Positions 10,174 to 20,335 of a stretch of DNA of 64,000 bases are shown piece after piece. A program made the position numbers and the translations under genes. Below the pieces are notes generated by a model, which did not search any database, had not been told where the DNA came from, and was given only the letters and a program-made list of their open reading frames with translations. Source of the DNA: an uncultured delta proteobacterium (GTDB lineage Bacteria; Myxococcota_A; Polyangia; Fen-1088); contig CAWCMR010000008.1 of assembly GCA_963796685.1 (NCBI GenBank), positions 416,001-480,000 on the forward strand, in the 5' to 3' direction. Position 1 is the stretch's first letter, and each line of letters starts with the position of its first letter.

Positions 10174-10336
10174 TAAGGGCTCGTCAGAGAATATCTGCAA
10201 CGATTTGGACGCCGATCCATCCCGGCTGGCTTCGTTGCTCGTCGTCGCAATACGTCGAGTATTCCTCCTCCTCGCGCCTCGCCAGCCGGGCGCCTCGTCG
10301 CCCAACTCGTAGCATCTATTCTCTGACGAGCCCTTA
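10174..10336. mobile_element. MITE-like element with terminal inverted repeats and TA target duplication
   Basis: ctaagggctcgtcagagaata (10173-10193) and tattctctgacgagcccttag (10317-10337) form a perfect 21-bp inverted repeat; no transposase inside; internal aatac..gtatt hairpin. Confidence 0.8.
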
Positions 10337-12700
10337 GCGGCGCCGTCGGCGCTTACCGCCGTGCATGCGGCGTTCGAGGCGCTCGCGCCAGATCGGCTGT
10401 GCGGAGGTCCCGTCCTCCGTCGAGTCTTCCTCTGCGGCGACGACCAGCTCTTTCACCTTCTTTGGCTTGACCTCGTCAGTGGCTTTGCCCGTGACCTGGG
10501 TCTTGGCCGGAGCCAGGACTGCTTGCCGGGCGGCCATCATGTCCCAGGCAATCATGACGAACCCGAAGAGCGTCGCCAGGGCCATCCAGGTGTACTGTTC
10601 GTCGAGGCCCGTGGGCATGCCGAAGTTCTTCAGCCCGGCCGCGTTCCGTATCGACGACGGAAGAATCTTCGCCAGCCAATCCGGCATGCCCTGGATGGGC
10701 GCCCAGCCTATGAACTGGGTGAACGCCGTCACCCCCATCAGCCATCTGCCCGCCACCTCGTATCTGGCGTAGAGCAGAGCCACCACGATGAGGAAGGCAT
10801 AGTAGTAGCATGTCAGCTCGGCCCCGAACGCGATCAGGGTCGCGGACAAGGCTGTCGCCACCCACGGATCCTCCCCGCGTACGGCCAAGCCGATGAGCAC
10901 GAGGTAGCAGATGATGATTCCGACGTAGAGGGGCCGCGCTTCGCGGAAGCTCTTCAGGCGGGCCTCCTTCCATCGGCTCCACGGATCCACGAGCTGATCG
11001 TTGCGCATGAGACGTCCGACTTCGGAAGGTCGGTAGTCCAGCACGGTTCGCAAGCCCATGTAGTTGGTCAGCGGGGTTTCCGCGTGCTTGATGGTATTAC
11101 GAAAGAACGCCGGATAGGCTTGCGGTCCGCCCGCGGTCACCACGCTGATGGGCATGAGAATCGCCACCGCCACCGCGGCGCCAATGAAAAAGCGCATGAA
11201 ACGCTTCTCGAGCTCGCGATGCTTGACGTAGTGGTAGCCCGCGGCGAGGAGCGGCGCCACGAACATGAAAACCGGAAAAATGCGCAGCAGGGTCGAGTAC
11301 GCCAGACACATGCCCGCGTAGAAGAAACGCTCCTTCTTGAGCAGGCAGACCGCCGCCACCATCCAGAACAGCCAGTCCCAGCGCAGGAGCGAACCGCCGG
11401 TCCAGTACCAGCGCGAAGGGAAATTGGTGGAAAATACGATGAGCGCCACGGTGAGCGTGCGCCAACCGAAGGCCCACCAGATCATCAACGACAGCAAGAC
11501 GATCAAGATGCAATCGATGCTGTCCAGGATGAGCACCTGGGTTCGACTGGCGGGCCCTAAATTGGTGAGGATGGTGCCCAAGATGTTCCACACCGGCGTA
11601 CCGTTGTACCCGTGGTCGGTCTGGGCGTCATCCCAGCGCCGCGCATTCTCCAGGGTGCGGAAGTAGCGCAGATCGTGTTTGAGGGCTTCCCAGCGCGCGG
11701 GGGTGAAGTGCGATTTGCAACGCTCGGGATGGGCCAAGATGTCGGCGGTGGTTTCAACCACGTTGTTGCGCAAGTTGGTCATCTTGCGCAACTCGACCCG
11801 GCGGCGCAGGTTGGGCTCTTCGCTGTCGGCAACGGCCACGCATTCGTACAAGCGCTCGTAGCTCAGCTCTTTGAAGTACTTCGAGCCGATGTAGTAGTGA
11901 AAGGTGTCCCAGCCGTGGATGAAGTTGGGAAAGTGGAAGGAACCGAAGTTGAAGTAGGTCAAGAAGGCCAGCACCCCCATGACCCCGACGAGCGCGTTGC
12001 GCACGCGCCTTCTCGCCGCCAACCGACCCGCATCGCTCAGCTTGCGCTCCCACCACAGGAACGCAATCCCCAGCATGGCCAGGATGAGCTCCCAGCGCGC
12101 ACTGGCATCGTTGTCCCAGTAGTCGAGCAGTTTCTTGGGCGGTACCGCTGCTACAGGCGCGTCCACGACCTTCATCGCGGCCGGGAATGGCGTCGGCACC
12201 TGGCAGTAGGCCGCAACCTCCGAAATCGAGTAGAAGCTGTCGCCGACGCCCTCGCCCACGCGGATGAAACGCGCCGGCATGCCGCCCACGTTGAGCACCC
12301 GGGTCCGCAAGCCGTGGTTGGGCACGGGATCGATTTGCCCGAACACCTTGTAGTCCTTGCCGTCGAGCGAGCCCCAGACGGTGTAGGTGTCGTTGGCATC
12401 GGCCTGGATGGCGAAAGAGCGCAGGTTGGTGACTTGGCCCAGATCCCAGGTCACGGTCGAGGCGCCGGTGTCCAGGATGACCGCGGGCGCGGAATCCCAC
12501 ATCGAGCCTTCAGGCGTTACTTGCTCGTCGGTGAGCAGGCTCAGCTCGCGTCGCACATCCAGCCACTGGACGGGCAGCTTGTGGGCCAGAAGGTTGCCCT
12601 CGGGACAGGCCGGAACCTGGGAAAGATTTTGAGCGCTCGCCGGTGATGGCGAGGTCAGGAGCAGAAACAGGGGCAAAAGGCCCAGAGCAAGGCGTCGCAT
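10334..12700 (-). CDS. Multi-pass membrane protein: N-terminal discoidin/F5-8C-like domain plus GT-C (GT87-like) glycosyltransferase region
   Basis: Signal peptide; VTWDLG..YTVWGSLDG..ARFIRV..SISEV discoidin-like pattern; many TM helices; LLRIFP motif. Confidence 0.6.
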   Translation of the reverse strand: MRRLALGLLPLFLLLTSPSPASAQNLSQVPACPEGNLLAHKLPVQWLDVRRELSLLTDEQVTPEGSMWDSAPAVILDTGASTVTWDLGQVTNLRSFAIQADANDTYTVWGSLDGKDYKVFGQIDPVPNHGLRTRVLNVGGMPARFIRVGEGVGDSFYSISEVAAYCQVPTPFPAAMKVVDAPVAAVPPKKLLDYWDNDASARWELILAMLGIAFLWWERKLSDAGRLAARRRVRNALVGVMGVLAFLTYFNFGSFHFPNFIHGWDTFHYYIGSKYFKELSYERLYECVAVADSEEPNLRRRVELRKMTNLRNNVVETTADILAHPERCKSHFTPARWEALKHDLRYFRTLENARRWDDAQTDHGYNGTPVWNILGTILTNLGPASRTQVLILDSIDCILIVLLSLMIWWAFGWRTLTVALIVFSTNFPSRWYWTGGSLLRWDWLFWMVAAVCLLKKERFFYAGMCLAYSTLLRIFPVFMFVAPLLAAGYHYVKHRELEKRFMRFFIGAAVAVAILMPISVVTAGGPQAYPAFFRNTIKHAETPLTNYMGLRTVLDYRPSEVGRLMRNDQLVDPWSRWKEARLKSFREARPLYVGIIICYLVLIGLAVRGEDPWVATALSATLIAFGAELTCYYYAFLIVVALLYARYEVAGRWLMGVTAFTQFIGWAPIQGMPDWLAKILPSSIRNAAGLKNFGMPTGLDEQYTWMALATLFGFVMIAWDMMAARQAVLAPAKTQVTGKATDEVKPKKVKELVVAAEEDSTEDGTSAQPIWRERLERRMHGGKRRRRR

Positions 12701-12706
12701 GACCGC

Positions 12707-13291
12707 TCAGTCTATCCTGCTCGTGGCCTCGGCGTAACCTGCCGAGAACACCTTCGTGTAACCCAGCGCACTGTAGTATCCGGCGGCGATTCCCAACCCT
12801 ACCGCCAGGCGCCCTAAATGCCCGAGGTAAGGCTCGGCCGCCGGCACGAGCGCGCTGATGGATAGATAGGTAGGAAAGAAACCCCACATGATGAGGTTGG
12901 TCTTCACCTTGCCGGCCAGGCTGCTCGGAATGTTCATGCGCGCCCCGGCCATGAATCGGCGCAGGCACGTGACCCAGAACTCCCGGAACAGGTACAGGAA
13001 GATGATGTACGGGGGAAAGAAGCCTTGCAAGGTCGCGATGATGAGGATGAACGCCTCGAAGCAGAGGTCGCAGAACTGGTCCAGGATCTCACCCAGCCGG
13101 GTGACCTGCTTGGTGCGGCGGGCGATGTACCCGTCGAGGTAGTCGGTCACGCCGGCCAGAATCGCGAGCGCGATGCCGACGCCGTGCGACACGTAGAAGT
13201 ACACCAACACACCCAGCCAAAGAAGCACGATTCGCGACAACGTAATGATGTTCGGTAAGGTCCGAAGGTCATCCCTGATGGTCGAGCCCAT
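12707..13291 (-). CDS. pgsA: CDP-alcohol phosphatidyltransferase (PgsA-like)
   Basis: PNIITLSR and TDYLDGYIARR..G..LDQFCD signature. Confidence 0.85.
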   Translation of the reverse strand: MGSTIRDDLRTLPNIITLSRIVLLWLGVLVYFYVSHGVGIALAILAGVTDYLDGYIARRTKQVTRLGEILDQFCDLCFEAFILIIATLQGFFPPYIIFLYLFREFWVTCLRRFMAGARMNIPSSLAGKVKTNLIMWGFFPTYLSISALVPAAEPYLGHLGRLAVGLGIAAGYYSALGYTKVFSAGYAEATSRID

Positions 13292-13358
13292 GGCCCTTTG
13301 ATACCACGAACGGGCCCCGGATTGGCCGAACTGGTCCTCCTGCCTGTACTCTTAGGGG

Positions 13359-14684
13359 ATGTTGAACCCGAGCACGGCTCTACTCCTGGCCGCCCTGATG
13401 GTCATGGCCAACGCCTTCTTCGTGGCCTCCGAGTTCGCCATCGTGAAGATCCGACCCACCCGGGTCAAAGAACTGGCATCGGGCGGCGGGCGACGCGCCC
13501 GGATCTTGTCGAGCGTGACCCGCCGCCTCGACCGGTATCTCTCGGCCAACCAACTCGGCGTTACCCTCGCCTCGCTGGCCTTGGGATGGGTCGGTGAGCC
13601 TGCCTTCGCCTACCTCATCCACCCCTACATGACCTGGCTTGGCCGCCTGACTGGCGCCGCCACGCATTCTCTGGCCCTCGGGTGCAGCTTCGTCGTCATC
13701 ACCTTCTTGCACGCCGTGCTGGGCGAGCTTGTTCCCAAGGCCATCGCCCTGCAGAAGGCCGAGCTGGTGGCGCTGTGGGCCGTGCTTCCCCTGCGCGTCT
13801 TCGCCATCGTGGCATTCCCCTTCATCTGGGCCTTGACCGCGACGGCCAATCTCTTCTTGCGCATGCTTCGGCTTCACCCCGCCTCGGGCGCCGAGATGTT
13901 GCACTCGTCGGACGAGCTGCGCCTGGTGCTTCAACACGTCGAGCTGGATCCCGGCGCCCGCCGCCTGATCGACCGCGTGTTCGACTACACCCACCGGGTC
14001 GCCCGCCACGTGATGACCCTGCGGCGCGATGTCTCGGTCCTGGAGGAAGGCAGGCCCTGGCGCGAAAACATCGAGATCGCCCTGGCCAACCAGTACACGC
14101 GCTACCCGCTGGTCGAGCCCGGCACCGATAGGGTGCTCGGCTACATCCACATGAAGGACATGATGGCGGCGTTGGCCTCGGGGAACGAGCCCAAGCGCAT
14201 GCGCGAGCTGGCGCGCGAGCCCATCTACTGCTCCGAGGAGACCCCGAGCGAGTGGCTGCGCCGCGAGTTCCAGCGCCGGCGCGTGCACATGTCCATCGTG
14301 CTCGGGGCCGGCAACACCTTCGTCGGCGTCGTGACCCTGGAGGATCTGCTCGAGGAATTCGTGGGCGAGATCCAAGACGAGCAAGACGTGGGCGAGATCC
14401 AGCCCATCGTGCGCGGCACCGAGGGGCGCTTCGAGGTGGACGGCCGACTGACCCTGGACGTTGCCGAGCGCGAGCTTGGCGTCGTGTTGCCGGAGATGCC
14501 ACCCGAGATCGACACCCTGGGCGCCTACGTACAGTCCCACCTGGCCCCGCCCCTGCGCCCGGGTCGCGGCGTGGAGATCGCGGGGTTCCGCTTCACCACC
14601 ATCGAGATCCGCGATGGCCGCATCCGCCGCTTGCGCGGCGAGCCCCTTCCGCGCGAGGTCGGCGAGGACTCAGGAGAAGGTTGA
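13359..14684 (+). CDS. Hemolysin/CorB (DUF21-CBS-CorC) family protein
   Basis: NAFFVASEFA, QLGVTLASL, GELVPK, CBS pair, VTLEDLLEE.VGEIQDE. Confidence 0.92.
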   Translation: MLNPSTALLLAALMVMANAFFVASEFAIVKIRPTRVKELASGGGRRARILSSVTRRLDRYLSANQLGVTLASLALGWVGEPAFAYLIHPYMTWLGRLTGAATHSLALGCSFVVITFLHAVLGELVPKAIALQKAELVALWAVLPLRVFAIVAFPFIWALTATANLFLRMLRLHPASGAEMLHSSDELRLVLQHVELDPGARRLIDRVFDYTHRVARHVMTLRRDVSVLEEGRPWRENIEIALANQYTRYPLVEPGTDRVLGYIHMKDMMAALASGNEPKRMRELAREPIYCSEETPSEWLRREFQRRRVHMSIVLGAGNTFVGVVTLEDLLEEFVGEIQDEQDVGEIQPIVRGTEGRFEVDGRLTLDVAERELGVVLPEMPPEIDTLGAYVQSHLAPPLRPGRGVEIAGFRFTTIEIRDGRIRRLRGEPLPREVGEDSGEG

Positions 14685-14707
14685 GCCCGTCTTCGCCCAC
14701 GCTTCCG

Positions 14708-15608
14708 CTATAGACCGTCGGCCTTGAACCGCCTCGGCGTCACCCCGAAGCTCTTGCGAAACACCTTGCCGAAGTAGTTCGGGCTGCTGAAGCCGCATCG
14801 ATACGCCATGTCCTTGAGCGAGTACCCGCCGGTCCGGATCAGGTTCGTCGCGTGCTCCAAACGCAAGCGAAGGAGATAGCGGGCCGGGGACGTTCCCCAG
14901 ACCTTGCGAAACTTGCGCGAGAAATGGAACTTGCTCAATTTCGCGACCTGCGCCATCTCGCCGACCCCGATGGGGCGTGCGAGATTCTGACGGCAATAGG
15001 CCTCGACTTCGCCGACGAACGGAGGCGCAGCCCGCGATGGACGCGCCGGAGCATCCGCATGCGACCTACTCTCGTTCAAGAGCTCCATGAGAACGGCATA
15101 GGCAAGCCTCGAGCCGTGGTAAGGCGACTCGATCTTGTGCTCCAGGCCGTCCGCACACGCTTCGGCCGCGCGTGCCAGCGTCGGCGAGTCGGCCGGCAAT
15201 TCCACGATTGGGCCCACCTTGTCGGCAATTCCTCGAATGCACCTGATCACCTCCCTGCCGGCAAGGGTGAGGTAGAAGAACTCCCATTGCTCGCCCTCCT
15301 CGATCCAGCACTGCTCTTCGTGCGGGAAGTAGAGCAACATGGCCTGTCCTGGCTCGACCGACACCTGCCGCTCGAAGAAAGCGCACGTGCCCGCGCCCGC
15401 TCACGGTGTATTGAATGGCGGCCAGTCCGCCGCTGCTCCCCTGCAGACCGCTCCACTTCTGGCTGGGTCCCTTCCCGACCTGGAACCCCACGCTGTGAAT
15501 CTGCGCCGGCAGCGACGCCACCAAGTCCGGAAACACCATGGATTCCTGGTGCCCAAGCTTCTGGAGCCGCGCGATGCCTGGCACACCTGAAACATCACAC
15601 CTGGACAT
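14708..15608 (-). CDS. AraC-family regulator; apparent +1 frameshift near 15378-15380
   Basis: Upstream frame (..QYTVSGRGHVR) joins the downstream frame (FFERQVSVEPGQAMLL..AraC HTH GFSSPNYFGKVFRK) if one T is removed; GGAGGAG RBS before ATG 15608. Confidence 0.82.
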
Positions 15609-15702
15609 GGCGCTCCTCCAAGAATGTCCTGAGAACGAACAGACGGATCTTCATGGAAACCTCCTCGGGATCGGAACTGTCGCGGACCTGAAACAAGCAC
15701 AT

Positions 15703-15731
15703 AGTGTCCACGTGGGGCACATTTCGGCTCA
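15703..15731 (-). promoter_or_regulatory. Putative ECF promoter TGAGCCG-N15-GGACACT upstream of the AraC gene
   Basis: Minus strand TGAGCCG AAATGTGCCCCACGT GGACACT. Confidence 0.75.
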
Positions 15732-15817
15732 TGCGGATCCGGTTTCGAATCCGATTTCATGGGATGGGGGACGTGACCGAGCGCAATCGCGGAACGGCCC
15801 GCTGCCGAGGTGAGTCG

Positions 15818-17513
15818 CTATTTCGTGAACAGCGTCAAGTCGACCGTCTCGCCCATCTTCTGATAGCCAGCAGGCCCCGGGTGAAGTCCATCTGTTGACC
15901 CTGCTGGATTCCCCGGGGTCCAAGCGGCGTAGGTCGACTGCAACGCCGGAGGACTCTTGCCATCCGTGAGCGCGGCATCGAAATCGATGACGCCGTCGAA
16001 CACCCCGCTCTTGATATATGTGTTGACCTGTTGGCGGACGCTCTCATGACCCGAGCTGTAGTAGCTGTTCCCGTAAAATGGAGTAATGGTTGCTCCGAAG
16101 ATGAGCACACCCTTTGCGTGTGCCTGGCTGATTAGCTGGTCGTAGGCAGCTTTCAGGGAATCGAATGTGGCGTTATTGCTACAGATGTCGTTGACTCCAT
16201 CGAAAACGACCGCGTACTTCACGCCGCTTTGCCCGAGCACGTCGCGCGCGAAGCGACCTTCAGCTCCGGTGCCGTTCCCAATCAGATTGGTCGCGCCGAT
16301 CCCCTGATTCATGGTCGCGACGTTCGCGGTGGCGGCGTTCGCCTGTAGCCGTGCGGCCATGAAGTCCGTCCACCGGTTGTTCTTGTCGTTGTCCGTTCCC
16401 CTGCCGTCGGTGATGGAATCGCCAATCGCGACGACGCCCTTGGCGGAGGCATCGGCCATGACGTCGATGCCCGAGATGTAGTACCAGTGCTGGAACGTCG
16501 TCGCGGATGTCATGCTGGCCGCGTTGAGAGCGGTGCTGCCGCCTGCCAGGTAGGACGTGGTCCTCGAGCCCGAGTGGCCGACGACCTGGCTCGGCACGCT
16601 CCCGAAGGACGTGGTGATGGTAATGTTCCCTTGATTGGGGACGATGAAGTCAATCGGGTCGGACCAGACTTCCTTGTTCTGTGCGATGGTCACCGAGGCG
16701 GTTCCCGAGAAGGCAAGGGCCTTGTCGGTCGAGGTATCGATGGTGCTGTCCACGGTCGGAGTGGCCTTGCAAAGCGCGATATGGGCCGAATTGATGGTGA
16801 CCGATCCATTGCCTCCCAGGTTGGAAAATTGCACGCGAAGCTGGCTGCCACCCAGTGAGACGTGCGTGACCTGACGAAGCACGCTATTCGCCAGCGACGA
16901 CGGAGGCTGGTTGCCCGAATCGTAGTACGGCGAGGCGGTCCAAGTGCCCACCCAGTGCTGCGTTCCCGTGCCGCCGCCCGTCCCGGAGCTACCACCCGAG
17001 CCACCTCCGTCCGCACCGCCCGTTGCCCCGCCAGCGCCACTGGCGCCGCCGGTTGATTTGGTTCCGCCGCTGCCCGCGCCGCCGGACCCGGTCGTGCCAC
17101 CCAATCCTGATGCTCCGCCGCTGCCGCTCGAATCCAGCCATGCCGCCCGCGCCCGAACCACCGTTTCCACCGCCCGCGCCGCCGGCCTTCGAGTTTCCGC
17201 CCTGCCCGCCACCCCCCGTGCCTCCGCCCCCGGCGCTGCCACCTGTTGCACTCCCGCCCTGCCCTGAGGCCCCGGCCGAGGCCTGACCGCCCGAACCCGT
17301 CGTGCCGCCAGCCGAGACACCGCCCGAACCGGAGACACCCCCTGTCGTGCTGCCACCGTGGCCGGATCCACCGTGGCTGCTGGACGCACCAGCCCCTCCA
17401 CCGCTGCCACCGCCCTTCCCGCCTTCGCCGCCGGAGCCGCCACCGTTTGAAGAGCAGCCGACCAGCAACGCGGCGGTAGCAAGGACACGCAACACACTTC
17501 GACTGCTGCTCAT
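15818..17513 (-). CDS. SGNH/GDSL hydrolase lipoprotein (carbohydrate-esterase-like); apparent +1 frameshift near 17131
   Basis: Lipobox LVGC and Gly linker in one frame; HWVGTW, IGDSITDG, GVND, DGLHP in the other; frames join on removing one T (GGATTCG). Confidence 0.85.
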
Positions 17514-17575
17514 CAGACGGATCCTCCTGGGCTTGGGCGAAATCGAGCCATGGCGACCGCAGATTATTCTCGGCC

Positions 17576-17604
17576 AGTGTCCGCGAGTAGCACTTTCCGG
17601 CTCA
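17576..17604 (-). promoter_or_regulatory. Putative ECF promoter TGAGCCG-N15-GGACACT upstream of the SGNH gene
   Basis: Minus strand TGAGCCG GAAAGTGCTACTCGC GGACACT, 63 bp before the ATG. Confidence 0.75.
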
Positions 17605-17657
17605 TGCGATGTCCAGCCGCAAGGGTGTACGCCGCGCAACGACGGCGCGCCGACCGC

Positions 17658-18365
17658 TCAAGGCTCGAAGCGCAAGTCGTCGATCCAGATGTCGAACTGC
17701 TGGCGTGGGTAGATGATGAAGCCGACCAGCTGATCGCGTCGCATGGGGACCAGGGGGTTGCCGAAACCGCTTTGCGCCATCTGATTGAAGCGAATCACGA
17801 AACGCTGCCAGCTGTGAGAAAGCGGAACCTTCGCGGCATAGAAATCCATGCACACCGTGCATCCGCCGCTGTTCCAGGCGTTATCCATGGTCGTCAGCCC
17901 CATGGGCACCGCGAATTCGGGGCCATTGTCGCTGCCAAAGGCGGCCCAGAATGAAATACCGCTCCACTTGCTTCCGTCGTAGGGCAACGCGGTGGAGCTG
18001 CTGCTACGAAAAACAGCGGTCCAGTTGTTGCCCCAGCTCGTGAAGCCCCTGGCCGCAAAGTGGCCGGAGAACTTTCCGCGAGCCACACACTGCGGCGAAA
18101 CCTCGTCGATGAGCTTGCCCGAAGAGCCATCCGAGCCGAGAATCCATGAGCCGTCCCTCCCTGAAACCTGGGCGAGGCGATAGTCCCCGGATTCGAAGTC
18201 GTCGATGAGGCGATCGGCGGGTTCGGCTGCGTAGCTTTCAGGTCCACGCAACGGCTGATCCGGACAGACGGGGTCGACTTCGATCGGCTCCACTGAAGGG
18301 CCGCATCCGAGGCAGATCTGTACTGCGACGAGCACGAAAACGCACGTAGCACCCCAACGTACCAT
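17658..18365 (-). CDS. CBM11-like carbohydrate-binding lipoprotein (copy 1)
   Basis: Lipobox LGC; LIDDFE, YDGSKWSGISFWA, WQRFVIRF, FDIWIDDLRF patterns of a galactose-binding-like fold. Confidence 0.7.
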   Translation of the reverse strand: MVRWGATCVFVLVAVQICLGCGPSVEPIEVDPVCPDQPLRGPESYAAEPADRLIDDFESGDYRLAQVSGRDGSWILGSDGSSGKLIDEVSPQCVARGKFSGHFAARGFTSWGNNWTAVFRSSSSTALPYDGSKWSGISFWAAFGSDNGPEFAVPMGLTTMDNAWNSGGCTVCMDFYAAKVPLSHSWQRFVIRFNQMAQSGFGNPLVPMRRDQLVGFIIYPRQQFDIWIDDLRFEP

Positions 18366-18443
18366 TGTGGACTGAGCCGATCAGGCTTGACGTTGAGACT
18401 ACACAGGATGTCGCGGAAGCGGTAGGGAGAATGGATGCGAGCG

Positions 18444-18472
18444 TGAGCCGGTTTCATCTCCTGGGGAACACT
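18444..18472 (+). promoter_or_regulatory. Putative autoregulatory ECF promoter of cassette 1
   Basis: TGAGCCG GTTTCATCTCCTGGG GAACACT, 50 bp before the sigma ATG. Confidence 0.72.
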
Positions 18473-18521
18473 GCCGAATGAATCGAAAGAAGATTACCGG
18501 ACCCAAGAAGACTGCCGGAAG

Positions 18522-19133
18522 ATGCTTACGCCCTTAACCTTCGTCGGTGACGAGCACGCGCTGTTGCAGGCGCTGCGCGCCGGACACCCCGGTGCCGCCG
18601 CGACGTTCTATGACCAGCACGCCGCACACGTGAGCCGAACCCTGCGTTCGGCGCTCGGGGCCGACGAGGAAATTCCGGACCTGCTGCAGGAAGTCTTCAT
18701 TCGGGCCATCGACGGCATCGGCAAGTTGCGCGAGGTCGACCGCGTTGGCGGTTGGCTGACCACCATCGCGATCTTCGTGGCGCGCGCCCAGATACGACGA
18801 CGCGCGCGCCGCAGTTGGCTTCGCGCGTTTTCGCCCGAGCACGCCGGCCCGCAACATCAAGAACAGCCCTCATCGGAAGCGCGCGCCGCACTCCGCGAGG
18901 TCTACGCCGTTCTGGGACAGATCCCCCTCGACGAACGCATGGCATTCACCCTGCGGTACATCGAAGGAATGACCCTACCGGACGCGGCAGAGGCCTGTGA
19001 GACCTCGCTGGCCACATTCAAGCGCAGGCTATCACGCGCCGAAAAACGATTCCTTGAAGCGGCCAGCAAGCGGCCGGTCCTGGAACAATGGCTGAAGGAA
19101 GGGACGCGATGGAACGTCCAGAAAAAGAGCTAG
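18522..19133 (+). CDS. ECF sigma-70 factor (copy 1)
   Basis: Region 2 DLLQEVFI..WLTTIA; region 4 ERMAFTLRYIEGMTL.....C..SLATFKRRLSRA. Confidence 0.92.
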   Translation: MLTPLTFVGDEHALLQALRAGHPGAAATFYDQHAAHVSRTLRSALGADEEIPDLLQEVFIRAIDGIGKLREVDRVGGWLTTIAIFVARAQIRRRARRSWLRAFSPEHAGPQHQEQPSSEARAALREVYAVLGQIPLDERMAFTLRYIEGMTLPDAAEACETSLATFKRRLSRAEKRFLEAASKRPVLEQWLKEGTRWNVQKKS

Positions 19134-20335
19134 CCGAATTCGGATCAGCGGTACGCGAGGCGCTCACGGGCGAGGCCTCGACGAGCGAAGAGATCCGGCA
19201 AGCGCGCGCCGGATTCCTTCAGCATTTCGCCGCGGGCGGCAAAGCAGACGCCGGGTGGGGACGCCGAACCGAGGGGCGCCGCTGGCGCTTTTGGGCGCTT
19301 GCCGGAGCGACGATCGCAGGGGCCGTGGCGCTATGGGCATGGACCACCCGCCCCATCACCTTCCAGGTCGGGGCGTCGGGCACCCCCGGCCAGACCGGCG
19401 ACCTCGTGCGCGGCGCCTCCGAAGGACTGGTCCCGATACGCTTCTCCGAGGGAAGCTCGGTCATTCTGCATGAGGGCACCCGCCTGCGAGTGCTGGCCAC
19501 TGACAACCGCGGCGCACGCATGCTGATCGAGGATGGCACGGTGGATGCGAGCATCGCCAGCGCGACCATCGGCAAGAAGCACTGGAGCTTCGAAGCGGGA
19601 CCCTTCAAGGTCCAGGTGACCGGTACCCGGTTCACGCTGACCTACCGGGCGCATGACCAGTCTTTCGGTCTCGCGACCCACGAGGGGCGGGTCATCGTCT
19701 CGGGCCCTTGCCTAATCGCACCGACGCCCGTGGCGGCGGGTAGCCGACTGGATCTGTCGTGCCTGGCCCGGCGACCGATGGCCCTCCAAACGGCGAGCCT
19801 GTCGCCGCTCCCGTCGGCCGGAACCGAGCACACGGATATCCCCGCGTCGTCGGACAAGGCCGTGCGCACCCCCCAAAGCTGGCGCGAGCTGCTGGCAACC
19901 GGACACCTGCTGGACGCGGTGCGCGCCGCCGAGCGAGCCGATTTCAATCGCGTGTGCCAGACCGCGAGCGCGAAGGATCTGCTGGCTTTGGCCGACGCTG
20001 CCCGGCTTTTCGCGCGCACGGCGAGAGCGGTCACTGCCCTAAGCGCGTTGCGTCGTCGCTTTCCTGCCTCGTCCGAGGCTTCCACCGCGGCCTTCGCGCT
20101 CGGACGCATCGCCTTCGAGCAGAAGCGCGACTACCCGGAGGCCGTCGATTGGTTCACGACCTACCTGCACGAACAGCCTGGCGGGCCGCTACACGGTGAC
20201 TGCGTTGGACGCCTGATGGAGGCCAAGCTTCGTGCAGGCGACCAAGGCGGGGCGCATGCGGATGCGGAACATTACTTGCGCCGATTCCCGGAAGGGCCCT
20301 ACGCTTCGGAAGCGCGAGGCATTCTGGCGAAGTGA
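19109..20335 (+). CDS. FecR-domain anti-sigma factor with C-terminal TPR (copy 1)
   Basis: Single TM after Arg-rich stretch; FecR motif AGPFKVQVTGTRF; TPR AFALGRIAFE; 25-bp overlap with the sigma gene. Confidence 0.85.
   Translation: MERPEKELAEFGSAVREALTGEASTSEEIRQARAGFLQHFAAGGKADAGWGRRTEGRRWRFWALAGATIAGAVALWAWTTRPITFQVGASGTPGQTGDLVRGASEGLVPIRFSEGSSVILHEGTRLRVLATDNRGARMLIEDGTVDASIASATIGKKHWSFEAGPFKVQVTGTRFTLTYRAHDQSFGLATHEGRVIVSGPCLIAPTPVAAGSRLDLSCLARRPMALQTASLSPLPSAGTEHTDIPASSDKAVRTPQSWRELLATGHLLDAVRAAERADFNRVCQTASAKDLLALADAARLFARTARAVTALSALRRRFPASSEASTAAFALGRIAFEQKRDYPEAVDWFTTYLHEQPGGPLHGDCVGRLMEAKLRAGDQGGAHADAEHYLRRFPEGPYASEARGILAK

Noticed and set aside
18373-18400. Extra TGAGCCG half-site upstream of ECF1
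   Set aside because: Downstream element (TGAGACT at N14) deviates in sequence and spacing; not counted.
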